Source: an uncultured virus (IMG/VR IMGVR_UViG_3300035704_000005) (Duplodnaviria > Heunggongvirae > Uroviricota > Caudoviricetes). Taken from it: 20,000 bases of DNA. Below are positions 8,207-16,890 of this stretch, piece after piece. The stretch's first letter is position 1; every line of letters starts with the position of its first letter. The translations under genes were made by a program, and so were the position numbers. The notes under the pieces were generated by a model that saw nothing but the letters and a program-made list of their open reading frames with translations, ran no database searches and was not told the DNA's origin. Location: IMG/VR virus record IMGVR_UViG_3300035704_000005; one strand, written 5' to 3'.

Positions 8207-11200
8207 CTACGTTAATGCATTCATGGCGAAAGACAACCGACGTTCCACCATATCGGCAATATCCGCTTCAGAATGCTCTGCCCGCGGGTAAACGTTAATC
8301 GTTGGCCCGCTATTTTGCGCAGCTGCCGAGGTGAGCGATTGGAACTGCGGAGCTGTCAAAACTCGTTCAGCCATGCCCGTGCCGTTATAGGCCATCGTGA
8401 CACCCGGCGGCAGCCACCCTCCCGAGTCATACCCTTTAGGGGGCAGATTAGGGTTAGCCTGCTGAACGTTAAATATGCTTCCGTAACGAGCTTTGATGTA
8501 GTTAATACCGGCAGATATGTTCGCCACCGGGTCGGTGATATTCCAGCTCGTTCCCGCCTGATGGTAAGCAGTGAACGTGCCAGGAATTGTCTGCATGAGG
8601 CCTTGCGAAGGGTGCCCGGCTGCCGCATTGCTGTCTGTGAGGTTGATGGCATTCGGATTTCCGCCGGATTCTCGCCCGATCAGTACACTTAGCGGGCCAG
8701 CCCAGGTCTCAGGCACACCAGTAAGACCAATAGCCGACTGAATCCAAGCAGCCAGATTCGGTGAACCTGTGAAAGCTGCGCTAAACGCGGCACCCACCGA
8801 GGAGACGAGAGCCTTGGCCTTATCAATCACCGCATCTACGACTCTGCCCGGAATATCTACCAGAGCTTGGTGCAGCAATCCGGTGCCCGGAATGATGGCG
8901 CTGGTGACACCGCTGAATAGGCTCTTTACCGATCCCACCGGATCGGCGACAAGACTAGCAATATCGCCAACGATGCCGCCACCTGCGAAGCGGTTACCTG
9001 TAGAAGGTGCTCGGCCACCTGAGAAATGAGCGTTGGCTGCGTACACGAAATCAGCGCCTAGCCCGCGCACCGCCTCAGGTACAAGAACACCCTCACCCTT
9101 AGACAACATGGCAGGCACAGTGTCTACACCAGGAGAATACCCAGGAATGACCCCGCCACCAGCCAGTAATGCTACTGGCTGAAGCTGAGGTAAGCCGAAG
9201 ACGCCTGCGATGGCATCCCAAACCGTAACAATCCCGTGATTGTATGCCGAGTTGATGACGAAGTTAACTGGAATCTTGGCAATGTCGATTAGCCGATTCC
9301 AGATGTTCTGCAAAGAATTCATCCCGCTATCAAACGCGGTGACAACGCCTTGCCAGTTTCCCGTCATCAAGTCGAAGATAATCTTCAGGCCTTGCCACAC
9401 CACGTTGACAACACTTCCGAAGATACTAAACAGATCGCCGACCGCCCGTAGGTCCGAGGAGATGGCATCGAAAATTATCTTGATAGTGTTGTTCCACACT
9501 GCCTCGATAACGTTTTTAACAACAAGCCACGCATCGTTGACAACATCTCGGAATATCTGAAAATGGTTGTAGCAGTAGATGACACCGACGACAAGAGCCG
9601 CAATGGCCAAGCCGATCGCCACGAAAGGCAGCGCGACGAAGGCGGCGTTTAGCAGCCAGAGCGACGCTGTCGCAAACCCGGTAGAAATGGTCTGCGCGTC
9701 GGTAAAAGCGGTCATCATGATTAACGCACTGCTTGCAGCTCTGAGAGAAGTGGTGACCGTATCAATGATCAGCCAGGCTTTCCAGGCCAAGTACCCCACA
9801 TACAGGATATCGATAAGCGGACCTAGCACAGGCGTAGGGATAACGGAGATCAGCCGAAAGAAACTATCCACTACGGTGAGAACCGTGCCGCCAAGAGGCC
9901 CCATCGCCTCGCCTGTGTGGGTAAGAGCTTTGATCAGATCACCCAAGAACGATACAACTATCGGCCCTTCAACCTTCACATAGGCTAAGAAATCCTGAAA
10001 CTGTTTATTCTGGCCTATGTTCTGGCTGAAAGTGGCGAACCGCTGAGACAGGCCGAGGATGCCTGTGCCCATTTGGTCCCATACCGGCTTGAAAGCCTCA
10101 AGAAGCGCAGCGCCGCCAGTAGCGAAATTGCCCAGCACCGAACCGAAGATGTGGATACTCGGTCCGGCCTCGCCATTGATGAAAGCGATGAAGCCCCGCC
10201 AGAACGGGTCATTAAGAGCTTCACCCGTCCGACGGGCCATATCACCGACAGCGGTGGAGACAGTGCCGATCAGCCCATTAATCTCAGGAAACACCGGGAA
10301 CATAGCCCGTAGGCCTAGCTCCACACCCGGCAACAACCCCTGCTGGGCCGTCGCCTGCAACTCCTTGACCTTCGGTGTCAGGTCATCATTGATGAAGTGA
10401 GCAAACTCCTGGCCCGCCGGGCTCAGCTTGGCCATGTCCGTGGCCAGCTTCTGAGCCGAGGACGACACCGTTGCCTGCTGAGCTGCCTGCTGAGCTAGCG
10501 CACTCTGCAAGGATCGCTCGGCAGAGACCACACCCTCTTGAGCCTTCTGGACGCTCTCAGCCCCAGCGCGGGCCGTCTCCGCCTGCTTCGCCTGCGCATC
10601 GCTCAGGGCCTGCTGGGCAACCATGATTTGCTCAGCACCTTTGCGCTGAGTCTCAACTACATTCTGCTGAGCGTTGGCCAAGCCTTGTTGAGCGTTCGCC
10701 GTCGCCTGGGCGGCCGAGGCAACCCCGCGCTGAGCGGCTTGTACCTGCTGAGAGCCGTTGACCCCGGCAGCGTCCGCGGTAGCTTTGTCCTGGGCATTAT
10801 TAGCATTACGGGCCTGAATATCTTTGAGCTGCTGAACCGACTGGTCATAAGTCAGCTGAGCTTGCTCACGTTGTAGCGTTGTTGCAGCAGGGTTGGCAAG
10901 AGTGGTATCTAGTTCTTGTTTGGCCTTGGTGATATTCAGTTGTGCTTGGCGCTCGGCCAGCGCGCCATCCTCGACGGCCAGCGTGAGTGACTCTATTTGC
11001 CGCTGCGCAGCCTGACGAGCCAGAGTTAAGCTTTCCTGGGCCAACTGCTCCTGCTGCTGAGCATTCGCTAACGTCTGCTCGGCTTGAGCCTCAGACTGCA
11101 AAGCATTTTGAACCGAGATACCCACTGATGTATAGGCGTCCTGCAAGCTCCGCTGGGCATTAGCTGTTGTCTCAGCCGCTTGCTGGTTAGCGATAGCCGA

Positions 11201-11923
11201 CGAACGCTCAGCATCCGCAACACCTGTGACCGCATTGCGCACACCATCTTGGGCCGAGGCTACCGAGTTGGCCGAGGAGATCTGCTGGGCAGCCAGCTGG
11301 GTGGCGTTCTTGCCTTGGTCCTGCTGAGCTGTGCTCAGATCTGTGACCGCGGCGCCGACGCCATGGAACCCCAGGACAACCGCGCCAAGAGCTGCGCCAC
11401 CGATGACGGCCCCGGTGCCGATGGCGGCCAGGGCCGCTGTCACAGCGGCAGCTACCGGAATGATGGCCGGTCCGAGGGCGATGCCCGCGGACATGAGACT
11501 AAAGATCTGGTCTTTGCTATCGCCCGTATCCGTCCTAGCCCGGATGTTTACGGTCTTGCCGTCAAGCTCGTCGGCCTTAAGCTTAAGTTCATCAAGCTCA
11601 ATTTTGGCGTCTTCGGTCTCCGCATGCGTCACGATCTCCGCACGCTTGGCCTGCAACTCGTTAAGCTTGGCTACCAGCTCGTCAATCTTGGCCTTGGCGT
11701 CTGTGTCATCAACACTGAGCGTTGACTTGGCATCTGAGATTTCGCGGAGTTTTGCCTCGATATCCGCGATCTCAGCATCAAGTTCCGCTGTGTCAAGCTC
11801 AGGTTTAATCGGAACGGTAGCATCATAGTTATTCTTTGCTAGTTCCGCCCGGACTTGTGCCCCGAAATTAGACATATCGGGGAGCACCGTGAGGTAAGCT
11901 GAGCCAGCACTGTAGTCAGCCAT
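8207..11923 (-). CDS. Tape measure protein with C-terminal lytic transglycosylase (SLT-like) domain
   Basis: 1238 aa, Ala/Gln-rich helical region, hydrophobic segments and periodic Trp/Phe. The C-terminus has RESGGNPNAIN..DSNA..GHPSQGLMQTI...DPVANI.AGINYI..RYG. Follows the chaperone genes. Confidence 0.95.
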   Translation of the reverse strand: MADYSAGSAYLTVLPDMSNFGAQVRAELAKNNYDATVPIKPELDTAELDAEIADIEAKLREISDAKSTLSVDDTDAKAKIDELVAKLNELQAKRAEIVTHAETEDAKIELDELKLKADELDGKTVNIRARTDTGDSKDQIFSLMSAGIALGPAIIPVAAAVTAALAAIGTGAVIGGAALGAVVLGFHGVGAAVTDLSTAQQDQGKNATQLAAQQISSANSVASAQDGVRNAVTGVADAERSSAIANQQAAETTANAQRSLQDAYTSVGISVQNALQSEAQAEQTLANAQQQEQLAQESLTLARQAAQRQIESLTLAVEDGALAERQAQLNITKAKQELDTTLANPAATTLQREQAQLTYDQSVQQLKDIQARNANNAQDKATADAAGVNGSQQVQAAQRGVASAAQATANAQQGLANAQQNVVETQRKGAEQIMVAQQALSDAQAKQAETARAGAESVQKAQEGVVSAERSLQSALAQQAAQQATVSSSAQKLATDMAKLSPAGQEFAHFINDDLTPKVKELQATAQQGLLPGVELGLRAMFPVFPEINGLIGTVSTAVGDMARRTGEALNDPFWRGFIAFINGEAGPSIHIFGSVLGNFATGGAALLEAFKPVWDQMGTGILGLSQRFATFSQNIGQNKQFQDFLAYVKVEGPIVVSFLGDLIKALTHTGEAMGPLGGTVLTVVDSFFRLISVIPTPVLGPLIDILYVGYLAWKAWLIIDTVTTSLRAASSALIMMTAFTDAQTISTGFATASLWLLNAAFVALPFVAIGLAIAALVVGVIYCYNHFQIFRDVVNDAWLVVKNVIEAVWNNTIKIIFDAISSDLRAVGDLFSIFGSVVNVVWQGLKIIFDLMTGNWQGVVTAFDSGMNSLQNIWNRLIDIAKIPVNFVINSAYNHGIVTVWDAIAGVFGLPQLQPVALLAGGGVIPGYSPGVDTVPAMLSKGEGVLVPEAVRGLGADFVYAANAHFSGGRAPSTGNRFAGGGIVGDIASLVADPVGSVKSLFSGVTSAIIPGTGLLHQALVDIPGRVVDAVIDKAKALVSSVGAAFSAAFTGSPNLAAWIQSAIGLTGVPETWAGPLSVLIGRESGGNPNAINLTDSNAAAGHPSQGLMQTIPGTFTAYHQAGTSWNITDPVANISAGINYIKARYGSIFNVQQANPNLPPKGYDSGGWLPPGVTMAYNGTGMAERVLTAPQFQSLTSAAAQNSGPTINVYPRAEHSEADIADMVERRLSFAMNALT

Positions 11924-11926
11924 ACC

Positions 11927-12385
11927 TCACCCCCTCGGCAGGAACTTTCTCACACGTTCTTGGTGTGCAGCCATATTCTGTTGTGTCTCGACCTTGTTTA
12001 ACACTGTGACAGGACGTGGCATCGGATCGATCGCAGGCCGCTTGCCTTTATCTGAATTAACTTGAATTATCGTGGCATGCAGCTGGTTGAGCACATCCAC
12101 AATAAGGGTTAGCAATTCTCGTTCATGTGTCCAGTCGAGAGTCCCAAAAGAAGCACTCTCACTAACTGGACGATTAAGCATCTCAGCTACCGAGTCATCA
12201 TCTCCCATCACTGAGGCGTGAAAATGAGAGTGCCGGGGGAGCCGTTCCAAAAATCTGTGCAGCTGAGCCCAGGGCCGCTCACCCCGAATGTACTCGTACA
12301 AATCAATACCTAGCTCGTGCCGAAGGTCGTACTCAATGGCGTCACCATGCTTCTCAATCAGCGTGGCAACGCCCTTTGTCCCCCC
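11927..12385 (-). CDS. Tail assembly chaperone, long-form (gpT-like) segment, reached by -1 frameshift
   Basis: The -1 frame is open from the slippery site (…GTKGVATLIEKHGDAIEYDLRHELGIDLYEYIRGERPW…) to TGA at 11927. The ORF-track TTG start at 12301 has no clear RBS. Confidence 0.8.
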   Translation of the reverse strand, partial: GGTKGVATLIEKHGDAIEYDLRHELGIDLYEYIRGERPWAQLHRFLERLPRHSHFHASVMGDDDSVAEMLNRPVSESASFGTLDWTHERELLTLIVDVLNQLHATIIQVNSDKGKRPAIDPMPRPVTVLNKVETQQNMAAHQERVRKFLPRG

Positions 12386-12675
12386 GGCGCCTGCATCAAC
12401 GCTCCGATTTTGAAGTGCTTGAGCATATCCGCAGCGAGAGCAGGCAGCACACCTGACGGATCTTTACCCACAATTCCAATCAGTTCCTCATACTGGTCGG
12501 CCCACAGTATTTGCAACATGCGACGTGCCTCATTCATAGGCACTTCACTTAGCTCAAGTACCGTATCGCCATCGGGGCACGGGATCGAAATAACTCGGCC
12601 TTCTTCGATCTCCAGCTCGAAAGGCGGTATATCCGCTTCCTTGCGATACAACTCCAGCTTGTAAACCTTTGCCAT
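12358..12675 (-). CDS. Tail assembly chaperone, short form (gpG-like)
   Basis: 105 aa, TGATG-coupled to the major tail gene; lies between MTP and TMP. Confidence 0.85.
   Translation of the reverse strand: MAKVYKLELYRKEADIPPFELEIEEGRVISIPCPDGDTVLELSEVPMNEARRMLQILWADQYEELIGIVGKDPSGVLPALAADMLKHFKIGALMQAPGGQRALPR
12379..12385 (-). promoter_or_regulatory. Programmed -1 ribosomal frameshift slippery heptamer G GGG GGA
   Basis: The minus strand reads CCG GGG GGA CAA, an in-frame X XXY YYZ site six codons before the gpG stop; a -1 shift joins the downstream ORF. Confidence 0.75.
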
Positions 12676-13346
12676 CAGCTACCTCCGGGGTTAGCGTTGA
12701 AGCCCGTAGCAGCAAGCTGTGCAAACCAGCCGGGGCCACCAAAGAAGTGCACAACAGGTGTTCCGAGGACGCTGTCATTCTGCGGTGTCATGGTGATATC
12801 CCACACCAACGCTTCGGCGTCATCGTCCCACTTCTGATCACCGATATCCGTAACGAAGGCTCGTGGATAAAACCGGCCGACATAAACAGCGTTAGTGCCC
12901 GTGCCATCCTGGGTGATACCGAGGACGCGGTAAGGGATAGGTGACGGCCGCGCAGCCTGGTTGATAATCAGCTCACGCGTAGTAGGGGCTAGAGGCGCAG
13001 CACTGAGATCCTGGCCCATATACAGCTGCAAAGAGGTGCGGTTGGTCTCCAGCATGGTGAACTTGAGACTTCCGTCAATCTTGGTGATATCGCGACGAGC
13101 CGCATAAACATCACCCCAGGCCATCACCTCTTGGGTAGTTACCTTACTGCCCCAGGTCGGTGCATTCTTCTTATCGATCATGCCCGCATCTACATACCCG
13201 GCAGGCAACGGCGCGATGTCCTGGGATGCACCAGTTGTGATGCTTGTGATCGCTGCCGAGGCGTACGGCGCGATGAACACGGAACCCTGTAGGGCTTTCC
13301 GGATAAGAACTGCTTGACGGTGAGCGATACTGGTGTAGTCAGCCAC
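12675..13346 (-). CDS. Major tail (tube) protein
   Basis: Restarted at GTG 13346 (GAGAGGA RBS): MADYTSIAHRQAVLIRKALQGSVFIAP...LP.GY.DAG...V.AWG...RRDI...F.MLET...FFGGPGW. Lies between the terminator and chaperone genes. Confidence 0.88.
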   Translation of the reverse strand: MADYTSIAHRQAVLIRKALQGSVFIAPYASAAITSITTGASQDIAPLPAGYVDAGMIDKKNAPTWGSKVTTQEVMAWGDVYAARRDITKIDGSLKFTMLETNRTSLQLYMGQDLSAAPLAPTTRELIINQAARPSPIPYRVLGITQDGTGTNAVYVGRFYPRAFVTDIGDQKWDDDAEALVWDITMTPQNDSVLGTPVVHFFGGPGWFAQLAATGFNANPGGS

Positions 13347-13374
13347 GACTATTGTCCTCTCAGGCAGAAATGAA

Positions 13375-13782
13375 TTAGTGCGCCACCACGATCGGCCGAC
13401 GCATCCTAAACTGGTAGACCCCAGAAATCTCACGAAGGTCTACGTTTTCGTACAATTCAATATGCCCGCTCGTGAGAGTAGAGGTGCCATCGATTAGTAC
13501 GACAGATCCATCAGGCAACGTTACCTCGGTAGCAAAAGCATTCTCTATCTTTTGCTGACACAGCAGTTGAAGCTGCACCGACTGAGGTCGAGTATCGCCG
13601 ATAGTCGAAACATGCATCTCCGGAAAATCAGTTACGTAATCGCTGTGTCCACCGATTCTCCGAACAAGAATTACCGGAGTGACGATGTTAGACGGTGTGC
13701 CCTTCACCACCGTGCCCACGGAGCTGAGCAGTGAGTAAGCCACCTCCTCTGCATCAGCAAACGGGGGCAAATCAAGACCCAT
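13375..13782 (-). CDS. Tail terminator protein
   Basis: 135 aa from ATG 13782 (GGAGG RBS, TGATG overlap); F.DAE...P.ILVRRIGG...D.P.M.V...Y....RRP pattern; directly upstream of MTP. Confidence 0.8.
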   Translation of the reverse strand: MGLDLPPFADAEEVAYSLLSSVGTVVKGTPSNIVTPVILVRRIGGHSDYVTDFPEMHVSTIGDTRPQSVQLQLLCQQKIENAFATEVTLPDGSVVLIDGTSTLTSGHIELYENVDLREISGVYQFRMRRPIVVAH

Positions 13783-14120
13783 CAAGCCCTCCGTTTCGGT
13801 GCATTGAGGTATTGACCTGTCCGGCGCAGCACATAGGCTCCGCGGTAGGGGTTGACGTGTTTACGTCCGAATTCCACCCAGAGCGGAGAGGCCACAATGC
13901 GGGCTGCAACATAACCCCCAGGAGCTTCGGCACCTTCTGAGTGGATGCTGTCTCGGAATTCATGACGGTGCGGATCTCGTAGCGGACCTACCGGGGCTAT
14001 GGCCTTGGCATACCGCACGCCAACCTCAGCATGGGCCAGTAAGGCGGAGCGCAGCTCTCCGGACCCTCGCATGTACTCACCTAGACCGCGGTAGCTGATC
14101 GACACCCGAGAAAACCCCAT
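13782..14120 (-). CDS. Neck / tail completion protein (HK97 gp10-like)
   Basis: 112 aa; AKAIAPV...FRDSI...WVEFG...VLRR motif; AGGGGG RBS; synteny. Confidence 0.75.
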   Translation of the reverse strand: MGFSRVSISYRGLGEYMRGSGELRSALLAHAEVGVRYAKAIAPVGPLRDPHRHEFRDSIHSEGAEAPGGYVAARIVASPLWVEFGRKHVNPYRGAYVLRRTGQYLNAPKRRA

Positions 14121-14200
14121 GTCAGCCCCCTGTAACGCTAGCTAGGTAGGATCCGATACACCAATCGCAGACACAACAACTAGGCAGGAAGGCCAAACTG

Positions 14201-14719
14201 ATGGGACTTATTCGCAAATCACTGATGATCGGCACCCTCGGTGGGGTTAGCGGCAGCTCGAAGAAGCAGCGTGTGGCCAAGGCCAGCCTGCAAGAGCTGA
14301 AGCAGCAGACCGCCCTGCTCGCCCAGATCGCCGACCCTGAGGCGGCAGCGCACCAGCGTGCGGAAGCCCAGGCCGCCCTAGAGCGCCAGCAGGCCCGTAC
14401 CGCTGAGCGTCGGGCAGCCAGGCAGCAACGCATCGTTGTGCGCCGGGCAGCTCGTACACAGCGCGCTGAAGACCACAAGAAGGCCGCTGCCAACACCCCC
14501 TGGCTTTCTACGGCCTTTGCTTTGCGCCTCTGTGGCTGGGCCGTTGCGATTTTCTTTGCCCTCGGAGCTATCGGAGGTGCAGCCGCGGGCAGCCCCGTAG
14601 GTGTTATCGGGTGTTCATCCATCGTGGCTCTGGTGAGTTACTTCCTGGGCCGCCCCCGGAAAACACTTACCCAGAATAATACCGAAGAGGCACCTGCATC
14701 CCAGGAGCCCATCCGGTAA
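14201..14719 (+). CDS. Antisense-oriented membrane protein (coiled coil plus two TM), moron-like
   Basis: 172 aa with AGGAAGG RBS; fills the only large gap in the minus-strand operon; two hydrophobic segments (LRLCGWAVAIFFALGAIGGAAAG, VGVIGCSSIVALVSYFLG) followed by RPRK. Confidence 0.75.
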   Translation: MGLIRKSLMIGTLGGVSGSSKKQRVAKASLQELKQQTALLAQIADPEAAAHQRAEAQAALERQQARTAERRAARQQRIVVRRAARTQRAEDHKKAAANTPWLSTAFALRLCGWAVAIFFALGAIGGAAAGSPVGVIGCSSIVALVSYFLGRPRKTLTQNNTEEAPASQEPIR

Positions 14720-15005
14720 ACGGACTTTGAAACGCTGTAGGTAGACCCCACACATGCCAGGTGGTGTTATCGTCAAGAAGCGTGACAGTGTCGTTTATAC
14801 GGATGTCTGGTTTGCCGGGTGCAAAGAGAATGGTCGAACCCCTGGTTATGTCTCGATCAGGGGTCTCGGTCTCGTATGCACGAGTTTTGCTGGCAAGGCT
14901 TATCGCACAGCCCGGCAAGTCATAAGAATCGGTAACCGTGTAGTCGCCGTTGCGGTCAATAGTTCGATGGTTTACTCGCACAGTTTGAGGATGGGCAAAG
15001 AACAC
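14667..15005 (-). CDS. Head closure / head-to-tail stopper
   Basis: 112 aa, GTG start with AAGGGG RBS; DRNGD...GCAI...LFAP...DI...D.V...W.V.G.P..F.SPFTGW.PG..V.L motif; synteny. Confidence 0.85.
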   Translation of the reverse strand: MFFAHPQTVRVNHRTIDRNGDYTVTDSYDLPGCAISLASKTRAYETETPDRDITRGSTILFAPGKPDIRINDTVTLLDDNTTWHVWGLPTAFQSPFTGWAPGMQVPLRYYSG

Positions 15006-15235
15006 GGAGACCCCTTAAAAACATCCTCAGGCTTGGTGATAGCACGTACCCGTGCAGTAAAGCCTTCCTGAAAATGAGTCTTGGCGATAGCCGACCACCG
15101 GTAGTCAATGCCCGACTCCTCAGACACGGCCCGCCAAAGCTGACCTACCTCAACCTCAGCGGCTTTGATCGTGTTGACACGGTCAACCTCTTCTTGTGAA
15201 AGTTCACGATATCCTGCAATATCAGCGCTCTTCAC
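14972..15235 (-). CDS. acb2: Acb2-like protein (putative cyclic-oligonucleotide sponge, anti-CBASS)
   Basis: MKSADIAGYRELSQEEVDRVNTIK...YRWSAIAKTHFQEGFTARVRAITKP resembles, from memory, Pseudomonas phage Acb2 (IKGYRDLSQEEIDMMNRVK...[24 protein letters not shown]). GTG start at 15235 follows an AAGGGG RBS. Confidence 0.8.
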   Translation of the reverse strand: MKSADIAGYRELSQEEVDRVNTIKAAEVEVGQLWRAVSEESGIDYRWSAIAKTHFQEGFTARVRAITKPEDVFKGSPCSLPILKLCE

Positions 15236-15237
15236 GA

Positions 15238-15858
15238 TCAACCCCTTAGCTCAGCAGTCGAAGTTTTGCGCGGAATGTAAGATCTAAGAATCTTCGTCTC
15301 AGCCTCGGTCAATCCCATAGTGCCTTGCGCTGCGGCATCTGATAAACGATAGGAGTACTCGCCGACAGTCTCGGATATAACACCACCGAGGCCAGGCGCT
15401 GTGATGATGCGATTCACCATGGAGCAGACAACACCGACTACATCATCCGGAGTTTCCGTGTAGCCATGCGTATAAGTAGTCAGACACAAAGGTGTCTGCC
15501 ACTCCAAAGCAAACAGCAACTCCTCAGCCAGATTGATGATGGAGCCCCCCTCAGTAAGCCAAACTTCGTCTGAGCCGTCCCAATACCATCCCGGAATAGT
15601 GACAGTAGTGGGGCTGTTCGGCAGTTTGATCGAGATCTCATCTACCGAGATGACCGGACTTTGAGGAAGGCGCAGCTTATAGCCGATCGGACGAATACCC
15701 ACAGTAGACTGCCGAATAGTAAATTCTTGCTTAGAAATGCGCCGGGCGGTAGCCGAGGCATCTAGTATAAGAGCTGTTACCCGCGGAACTTCAACAGTGA
15801 CCGTAGATGGCAGCCGGGCGGTAACATCCTCAACACCGACCAAGGGAGGTAGCGGCAT
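15238..15858 (-). CDS. Head-to-tail adaptor (SPP1 gp15 / HK97 gp6-like)
   Basis: 206 aa; L..VEDV.ARL...LI.DAS..AR, YTHGY...PDDV..VVC.MV.R...P...SETVGEYSY...LT.AE..IL..Y pattern. Confidence 0.85.
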   Translation of the reverse strand: MPLPPLVGVEDVTARLPSTVTVEVPRVTALILDASATARRISKQEFTIRQSTVGIRPIGYKLRLPQSPVISVDEISIKLPNSPTTVTIPGWYWDGSDEVWLTEGGSIINLAEELLFALEWQTPLCLTTYTHGYTETPDDVVGVVCSMVNRIITAPGLGGVISETVGEYSYRLSDAAAQGTMGLTEAETKILRSYIPRKTSTAELRG

Positions 15859-15868
15859 GAGAACCCCC

Positions 15869-16888
15869 TTAAGTGAGGATCGGTACGCGGGCCGTCATCT
15901 CGGCCGCTTGCACCCAGCGGTCAAGGTCGCCCTCGGTAGTGAGGCGCGCTGGTATCTGGCGGGCCTTGGCTGACGCTGCCGCCCAGCCCTTGGCCGTTGT
16001 GAGCCCCGCCAACGCGGCCACCCAGGCTCCGAGGTCCGCTCGATCACAGAAGGTCCCACCGTCGCCCAGGGCCTCTTGTAGGCCCTCTGTGGGGTGCGCG
16101 ATGGTGGGGATTCCAGAGCAGGCCGCCTCGACACCTGCACGGCCGTAGCTTTCGTAGCTGCTGGGCATCAAGAGCACACGCGTCCGGCGGTAGACCTGCT
16201 CAGCCATGTGGTGAGCAGCAACGTGCGGGATGATCGCCACGTTGGGCCGGATCCGGACATCCTGCTTGCCGTAGGCCCCGCAGACTCCTAGAAAGTTCAG
16301 CCGCGGGAACCGCTCGGCCAAAGCATAGAAAATCTCGGAGCCTTTCTCCTCGTACAAGTTGACGAGCGTAATGCAACCCTTCGCTGCGGTAGGCGGAGAG
16401 ATTCGGTACTGATCGGGGAAAATAGGCGGCCGAACTACGATGCCCCGCGGCGGCTCGCCCAGATAATCTCGGTACCAGTCTTCAACAGATTTTTGCATCC
16501 ATTGAGTGTTGTACACAACCAACTGTGTTCCGTGTTTCAGGTCATGCCGACTCTTCATAAGCTCGTTATGCATGAGCGTTATCACAGGAACCTTATGCAT
16601 GCCTCCGAGGATAGAAGCTCGCAGAGTGTTGGCCAAGTACGTAACTATCAGATCTGGCTTATTCTCAGGTGTTAGCCATCGCAACGGGTCCGCTTGATCG
16701 ACATACGGATATATCGAGATCCCCTCGTAGGTATAAGGGCCTGTAACAAACATTGGATGAGGCATAGACAACTGCACAGTAACTTGGTGGCCACGTTTTA
16801 CTAGAGCTTTGAGCATCTCGTTCGTCATTACTTCGGCCCCAGCACAGTGCCTAGGAAGCCATAGATGCGCACAGCATAAAACTCGCAT
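15869..16888 (-). CDS. Glycosyltransferase, GT-B fold, GT4-like
   Basis: From ATG 16888: N-terminal AGAE...L..RGHQV motif, EKG, and LLMPSSY-ESYGRAGVE-AACSGIP (E-x7-E nucleotide-sugar motif). Confidence 0.92.
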   Translation of the reverse strand: MRVLCCAHLWLPRHCAGAEVMTNEMLKALVKRGHQVTVQLSMPHPMFVTGPYTYEGISIYPYVDQADPLRWLTPENKPDLIVTYLANTLRASILGGMHKVPVITLMHNELMKSRHDLKHGTQLVVYNTQWMQKSVEDWYRDYLGEPPRGIVVRPPIFPDQYRISPPTAAKGCITLVNLYEEKGSEIFYALAERFPRLNFLGVCGAYGKQDVRIRPNVAIIPHVAAHHMAEQVYRRTRVLLMPSSYESYGRAGVEAACSGIPTIAHPTEGLQEALGDGGTFCDRADLGAWVAALAGLTTAKGWAAASAKARQIPARLTTEGDLDRWVQAAEMTARVPILT

Positions 16889-16890
16889 TG

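Noticed and set aside
8273..11828. Numerous plus-strand ORFs opposite the tape measure gene
   Set aside because: Expected antisense shadows of a GC-rich coding sequence; no independent evidence.
13347..13433. N-terminal 29-aa extension of the major tail ORF in the track
   Set aside because: Overlaps the tail terminator gene; GTG at 13346 has a good RBS.
14122..14622. 166-aa minus-strand ORF in the operon direction
   Set aside because: Low-complexity Ala/Arg/Cys shadow of the plus-strand gene, which has the better RBS and a coherent TM architecture.
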